DNA of 64,000 nt from Candidatus Bipolaricaulota bacterium (lineage in GTDB: Bacteria > Bipolaricaulota > Bipolaricaulia > UBA7950 > UBA9294): NCBI GenBank assembly GCA_018817505.1, contig JAHITR010000083.1, forward strand, positions 52 through 64,051. Reading direction: 5' to 3'. How positions within the stretch are numbered: the first letter of the stretch is position 1; each line of letters opens with the position of its first letter. Of the stretch, positions 59,216 to 64,000 are shown in pieces. The position numbers were made by a program, and so were the translations under genes. The notes under the pieces are model-generated. The model saw nothing but the letters and a program-made list of their open reading frames with translations. It searched no databases and was not told the origin of the DNA.

Positions 59216-60220
59216 TTGATTCAGTATGTCGTCAAGCGGATTCTCGCAGTCATTCCCGTATTCATCGCTGTTGCCTTCATCTCGTTTAGCCTGGTGTCCC
59301 TATACCCAGGAGACTATTTTACGATCGCAAAGATGGGGGCCGCGCTCGCAGGGCAGGATCCCCAGGCCGTTCATACGGCGCTTCGAATTCAAGCGGGCAT
59401 TGACAAACCGTTTATTGTGCAGTTTTGGATCTGGCTTGTCGGCGTTGTCACCAAGGGAGATTTCGGCGCCTCCTTCTCAGGGGCATCGGTCACCCGGCTG
59501 TTGTTCTCACCGCAATCGGGGCTGCAATGGACACTGGTCATCACTGGCGGTAGCATGCTCCTCGCATGGGCGTTTGGAATTCCGCTGGGCATCCTTTGCG
59601 CTGTGCAACACAAGAAGTGGTCGGACATCGCCATTTCAGCCGTTGCGTACTTGGGAATTTCGATTCCTGCATTCACCATGGCTCACCTGTTCTTTTGGAT
59701 CATGTACAAATTCATCAATCCGCTGATCATCTCCGGTGGCGTATGGGGATTGGTTCACTACGATCTCGTCAACGCGCCGATGTCGCTGACGAAATTCCTC
59801 AGCTATATTTACCATCTCATGCCTGCCTTCATCATTGTCGGTGCGCCGATGTTCGCGACCGTCGTGCGTCACATGAAGGTGAACATGATGGATGCCTTGC
59901 CCAAGCAGTACCTTGAGACAGCACGAGCCAAAGGAGTTTCCGAAATTCGCGTGGTCGTGAAACATGCTGCACGCAATGCGCTCAATCCGCTGATCAGCAT
60001 CGCCGGTATCATGCTGCCCACCCTGATCACGGGATCGATCCTCTGCGCCAGGATCCTCGGGCTTCCCTCATTTGGCATGGTTTTCATCAACGGCATCGCC
60101 CGCCAAGATCAGCACTTGCTCACGGCCGCACTTCTTTTCTATTCCAGCCTTCTAATCGTTGGAAATCTCATCGCTGATCTGTTACTGGTCGTGCTGGATC
60201 CGCGCATTCGTTACACCTAG
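59216..60220 (+). CDS. ABC transporter permease, DppB/OppB type (orphan)
   Basis: N-terminal ILAVIPVFIAVAFISF and C-terminal IADLLLVVLDPRIR are typical of DppB. TTG start with AGGTG SD. No partner permease, ATPase or SBP adjacent. Confidence 0.65.
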   Translation: MIQYVVKRILAVIPVFIAVAFISFSLVSLYPGDYFTIAKMGAALAGQDPQAVHTALRIQAGIDKPFIVQFWIWLVGVVTKGDFGASFSGASVTRLLFSPQSGLQWTLVITGGSMLLAWAFGIPLGILCAVQHKKWSDIAISAVAYLGISIPAFTMAHLFFWIMYKFINPLIISGGVWGLVHYDLVNAPMSLTKFLSYIYHLMPAFIIVGAPMFATVVRHMKVNMMDALPKQYLETARAKGVSEIRVVVKHAARNALNPLISIAGIMLPTLITGSILCARILGLPSFGMVFINGIARQDQHLLTAALLFYSSLLIVGNLIADLLLVVLDPRIRYT

Positions 60221-60338
60221 TCGTACCCTCTCCCGAGGAGGATCTCCTGCGCCTTGTCGCCCGATCCATCGTTTTGTACTCCCGTTGTCAGCCTAATCGA
60301 CAATCTGAGATTTCCTAATACCTGTTCACTGGCGTCTA

Positions 60339-60431
60339 GTCAATTGTTTTCTTTATTGACAACGTATTACACGTTCCATATTTCTTGACATAGGTGTGCT
60401 CAATCCATATAAACGGAAGGGTAGAAGGAGG
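60339..60431 (+). promoter_or_regulatory. strong sigma70 promoter TTGACA(60385-60390)-N17-TATAAA(60408-60413) with upstream inverted repeat GTCAAT-N10-ATTGAC and AAGGAGG SD
   Basis: Consensus -35, 17-nt spacer, 5/6 -10, in an AT-rich 216-nt gap. SD at 60425-60431. Confidence 0.6.
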
Positions 60432-60436
60432 CGAAC

Positions 60437-60922
60437 ATGAGTCTGTTTGATCGAACAGCATTCATTGAGAAGGTGCAGACGGCCTTCGCAAATGTCGAGA
60501 AGCTTCTTGGAAGTGGAGACGCTTTCGACTATGAGGAGGTTGCACTGTTCAGCGGAATCGTCAATGGATACGAAGAACACGTGGTTTTTCTCCCATTGAC
60601 ACAATCCTCTGTATCTTATCATTTGCAGCGGACACTGGGAGACACAAAGTCCTGGGCAGATATCAGTTCCCTCCCGCTGTACGGGTTCTATGTGCTGTCC
60701 CCAACGAATTGCATCAATTACCTAAGGATGGACACAGCCTATCTCGTACGCGCCATATCATGGGATCGTGCAGAAGTCGTGAATAGCGAAGGCGAAGTGG
60801 CAAGAATGTTCGCCTCGTGGGCTCGCAGAGGAGAGCCCGCGAAGGCCTACTTCACGTTTAGGGGAAACGCGGAATTCCATTCCGATACATGTTGGACGAC
60901 GACCACAAACCAGGTAGGGTAG
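60437..60922 (+). CDS. hypothetical 161-aa protein (partner of the PIMT-like methyltransferase)
   Basis: Strong promoter and SD. Lower GC than flanks. Stop TAG is 3 nt before the start of the downstream methyltransferase. Asn-Gly site and Thr-rich C-terminus HSDTCWTTTTNQVG. Confidence 0.5.
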   Translation: MSLFDRTAFIEKVQTAFANVEKLLGSGDAFDYEEVALFSGIVNGYEEHVVFLPLTQSSVSYHLQRTLGDTKSWADISSLPLYGFYVLSPTNCINYLRMDTAYLVRAISWDRAEVVNSEGEVARMFASWARRGEPAKAYFTFRGNAEFHSDTCWTTTTNQVG

Positions 60923-60925
60923 GTC

Positions 60926-62125
60926 ATGAGCACCCGAGTGTCCGTTCCAAGTGACTACATAGGTTCGATTACGGCCAATCCTGGATCGCTGCCAGAACCG
61001 ATTCGGAATGCTCTTCTGTCCGTGCGAAGACATCGCTTTCTCGATGGATGGTTTCGCATGGAGTTTGACGAGTCCCAGCCAACTTTTCTTCGCGTCGATT
61101 TCGACAAGGACGCGCCGTCTGCCGAGCAATTGTCGGTCATCTACTCAGATCAACCCCTGGTCACTGCACATGACCGCGTGTTTCCGACAAGCTCCACGTC
61201 CCAACCCTCGCTGGTTGCTGGCATGCTTCAGCATCTTGATGTCGTTCCTGGGATGCGCATTCTCGAGATTGGCACGGGGACAGGATACAACGCGGCGCTG
61301 CTTGCCGAGCTGAGTGGCGGAGCCTCCAACGTATTCACGATCGAGTGCCAACAAGACGTCGCCGACAAGGCCAGAAGATTCCTGATCGAAGAGGGATATG
61401 AGGGCATTCATGTGATTTGCGGCGATGGGTTTCATGGAGTCGCTGAAGGAGCCCCCTATGATCGACTCATCGCTACAGTAGGCTGCTCGGACATTTCTCC
61501 TCACTGGCTGGAGCAGCTGAAACCTGATGGCATCATGCTCATCCCTCTGACCCACGGGTTCTCAGATCCCCTCACTCAACTTGTCCAGGACCCGCACGAT
61601 CCAACCTGCGCTGTCGGGACCATCGTGGATCGATCCGCGTTCATGAAGATCCGCGGTGTTCTTGAATGGGGGAACCCTTGGAGCACGTTTATCGTTCACG
61701 GATTGCCCTCTGAGCCTGAGTGGTGTCGTCCACTTCCCGAGTCCTTGAGCGTACCTGACTCAGCCCATCATCCAATCTCCGCGGGCAATCACTGGAGCTT
61801 CCATTTCTTCCTGGCTCTTTGTTCACGGGAATTGTGGTACGACAACAGGGGATATGGCCTTGCAGATCCTGGAAGCAACAGTGTTGTGATGATGACGGCC
61901 AGGGGTATTGAGGCGTTCTCTGCGACCGGGGATGTCAACACCTGTGCGCATCTCTACAGTCGACTTCTGTCGATTCATCGAAAATGGGTCGATCTTGGAT
62001 ACCCCGCTCCCGCCGACTACTCGTTGCGGTTGTCACCCAAGGATCGGTTCGATTCCCTCACGGATCTCACGAGAGAATGGGTGATCGAACGACCACGATT
62101 CCTGGAGAGAATTGGCTTGGCGTGA
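60926..62125 (+). CDS. protein-L-isoaspartate O-methyltransferase (PIMT)-like SAM methyltransferase with ~190-aa C-terminal extension
   Basis: PIMT pre-I region VRRHRF. Motif I ILEIGTGTGYNAALLAEL, motif II VICGDG, motif III YDRLIATVG. Length 399 aa, versus about 210 for canonical Pcm. Confidence 0.65.
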   Translation: MSTRVSVPSDYIGSITANPGSLPEPIRNALLSVRRHRFLDGWFRMEFDESQPTFLRVDFDKDAPSAEQLSVIYSDQPLVTAHDRVFPTSSTSQPSLVAGMLQHLDVVPGMRILEIGTGTGYNAALLAELSGGASNVFTIECQQDVADKARRFLIEEGYEGIHVICGDGFHGVAEGAPYDRLIATVGCSDISPHWLEQLKPDGIMLIPLTHGFSDPLTQLVQDPHDPTCAVGTIVDRSAFMKIRGVLEWGNPWSTFIVHGLPSEPEWCRPLPESLSVPDSAHHPISAGNHWSFHFFLALCSRELWYDNRGYGLADPGSNSVVMMTARGIEAFSATGDVNTCAHLYSRLLSIHRKWVDLGYPAPADYSLRLSPKDRFDSLTDLTREWVIERPRFLERIGLA

Positions 62126-62229
62126 GCGTTCCATTTCAAGGGCGCTTAACGAACTCACCTCTATCAAGGACGAGGAATGGGCGACAAGCAACGCTGGGGC
62201 GGACGCCAGGCCGACGCGCACAGCACATT

Positions 62230-63057
62230 TCACCGCATGGGATCGACATGCTTTCGCCACAGATCGAGGGTGTAGTAGAACGGATCAACAACCTCCAAAT
62301 CGTAATCCCTGAAGAACCCATTGACATTCTTCACATCCCGAACGAGTAGATCGAAAGCATCATCGTTGTACCGAGGGTCGACGGATTGAGGAAAGTCAAT
62401 GATGACGATGTGATCATCGACGTAGAGCATGTTGTAGGCAGAAAGATCGGCGTGAACGCGATGCTGAGCTAGGAACAACTCAACGTTCCGGAGAATCTGC
62501 TGGTAGATCGTGGTTACTTCTCCCGCGTCCAGCGTGACATTCACCAGGACAGGCGCAGGAGCCCGCTCGTCCCCGAAATACTGCATAAGGATCACCGGCC
62601 CTTGGCGCTCAATGGGCTCAGGGACATCGGCGTGCGCTTGGTACAGCAGGGTCATCGTTCGCATTTCGTGGGCGATCCACGCACTGAACTTGTGTACCCG
62701 ACCGCGCGCCGTCTTCTTGCCAAGCGCACGCAATGTCCGGGCGTCGGGGCGCGCTCCCCGCTCACGCCCCTGTTGATAGACAGCATCGTTCTTGAAGCTG
62801 CGTCGCTCGACGGGGCGATAGATTTTTGCGGCAATCAACTCGCCGCCCAAGGATTCGTGCGCACGGCAGCAGTAAACAACTGCCTCTTTCCCCGATTTGA
62901 TGGGGCGTATGACCTCGGCGATCAGCCTGTCTTCGATCAAGGGCTCCAGATGTGCGAGCAACACCTCTTCGACAGTCTTTTCGTCCTCTTCAATAGAACG
63001 CACGCCTCGAAGCTTCTCCTCCTCAGGATCAATGTCATCGAGGCGCTGATTCCTCAT
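62230..63057 (-). CDS. RIO-type atypical serine protein kinase
   Basis: ATP-binding KSGKEAVVY and catalytic VHADLSAYNML match RIO1/RIO2 motifs. ATG overlaps the upstream gene's TGA (ATGA). Confidence 0.6.
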   Translation of the reverse strand: MRNQRLDDIDPEEEKLRGVRSIEEDEKTVEEVLLAHLEPLIEDRLIAEVIRPIKSGKEAVVYCCRAHESLGGELIAAKIYRPVERRSFKNDAVYQQGRERGARPDARTLRALGKKTARGRVHKFSAWIAHEMRTMTLLYQAHADVPEPIERQGPVILMQYFGDERAPAPVLVNVTLDAGEVTTIYQQILRNVELFLAQHRVHADLSAYNMLYVDDHIVIIDFPQSVDPRYNDDAFDLLVRDVKNVNGFFRDYDLEVVDPFYYTLDLWRKHVDPMR

Positions 63058-64000
63058 GAGGCAGGGGTCTCCGAAAGGACCGCGTGTACTCCCTTCAGCC
63101 AATCGATGATCTGGATCTGCTGAGGACATGCTCGCTCGCATTGGCCGCAGGCCACGCACTGGTCGGCACGGCTTTCCGGCTTCATGAACTGGTTATAGGA
63201 GCGCTTGGCGCCATCCTCATCTTCGTACATCTTGAATTGGTTGTAGATTCTGAAGATGTTGGGAATCGCCACGCCGCTTGGGCAAGGCATGCAATATTTG
63301 CAGTCCGTGCAGGGAATGGGAGACAAAGATCTGTAGGCCTCGCTGACGCGGTCGACCAAATCCAATTCAGCAGCTGAAAGTGTTCCCACGCCCGACTTCA
63401 TGGCGCTGCGAAGATTCTCCTCCACATGCAGCATCTCCGTCATGCCCGACAACAGCAGCGACACTTCGGGTTGATTCCACACCCATTGCAGCGCCCAATC
63501 GGCTTGCGTTCGTCGCGTGGGCGAATCGGCCCATAAATCGGCGACAGCCTCAGGAGCGGGACGTGTCAGCGAGCCGCCGCGCAAAGGCTCCATCACGACA
63601 ACGGCCATTCCTTTGGCGGCCGCATAGCGCAGTCCTTCACGCCCAGCTTGGAAATCCGTGTCCATAAAGTTGTACATGATCTGACAGAACGTCCAATCAT
63701 GTGCATCAACAATCGACTTAAACATCGGCAACTCGTCATGGAAGGAAAAGCCGAGGTATCGAATCTTGCCGCTGGCGATGGCCTTCTTCGACCACTCAAT
63801 GACACCGAGATCTCTCAGATTCGGCCAATAGGTCTTGTTCAGAGCGTGCAGCAGATAAAAGTCGATGTGATCCGTCTGTAGGTTGGCCAGCTGGATATCC
63901 AAATGCTTGTCGAAATCGGCCTCCTCTTTGATCAGCCATGACGGCATCTTGGTGGCCAATTTCACCTTCTCGCGATAACCATCTTGAAGGCACCGGCCAA
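63054..64000 (-). CDS. aldo/keto reductase fused to C-terminal 2x[4Fe-4S] ferredoxin domain (5' end outside the window)
   Basis: AKR-fold motifs (IDFYLLH, MEPLRGG) and C-terminal CxxCxxCxxxCP ferredoxin motifs (CTDCKYCMPCP, CVACGQCERACP). The ORF runs to the window edge. Confidence 0.6.
   Translation of the reverse strand, partial: GRCLQDGYREKVKLATKMPSWLIKEEADFDKHLDIQLANLQTDHIDFYLLHALNKTYWPNLRDLGVIEWSKKAIASGKIRYLGFSFHDELPMFKSIVDAHDWTFCQIMYNFMDTDFQAGREGLRYAAAKGMAVVVMEPLRGGSLTRPAPEAVADLWADSPTRRTQADWALQWVWNQPEVSLLLSGMTEMLHVEENLRSAMKSGVGTLSAAELDLVDRVSEAYRSLSPIPCTDCKYCMPCPSGVAIPNIFRIYNQFKMYEDEDGAKRSYNQFMKPESRADQCVACGQCERACPQQIQIIDWLKGVHAVLSETPAS

Noticed and set aside
1-64000. CRISPR arrays, integrases/transposases, tRNA/rRNA genes, prophage modules
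   Set aside because: No tandem direct repeats with spacers, no recombinase motifs and no RNA gene signatures were visible in any intergenic region. The window appears to be stable chromosomal backbone apart from two small low-GC pockets.

Overview
This is a 64 kb high-GC (roughly 58-60% by eye) bacterial chromosomal segment dominated by core metabolism and housekeeping genes.

Housekeeping content includes the dnaG-rpoD macromolecular-synthesis pair, miaA, nnr, tatD, gap, pdxST, nadK, lpdA, pckA, dinB, tldD/pmbA and corA/mgtC.

Two flavin-based electron-bifurcation modules (EtfBA plus FAD-linked oxidase; NfnAB-like) and an iron-sulfur flavoprotein suggest an anaerobic lifestyle.

I found no tRNA or rRNA genes, CRISPR array, transposase or integrase.

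Local oddities that stand out:
- An AT-rich islet (60221-62125) with a consensus sigma70 promoter driving a coupled 161-aa unknown protein plus a 399-aa PIMT-like O-methyltransferase fusion. Fusions of this kind otherwise occur only in RiPP systems, but no RiPP core enzyme is nearby. This is the best candidate for an undescribed system.
- An XRE regulator followed by a membrane-anchored cytoplasmic trypsin-like protease with an extracytoplasmic FG-GAP sensor domain, resembling a BlaR1/BlaI or ImmA/ImmR arrangement.
- A low-GC ArsR-controlled mini-operon encoding a zinc-ribbon protein and a 17-aa Lys/Thr-rich micro-ORF with a perfect SD and a textbook intrinsic terminator.
- A PKD-repeat lipoprotein with a transglutaminase-like domain, next to an orphan DppB-type permease.

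Several ORF-caller start codons are wrong (antisense or overlapping N-terminal extensions). I corrected them using SD sequences and neighbouring stop codons.
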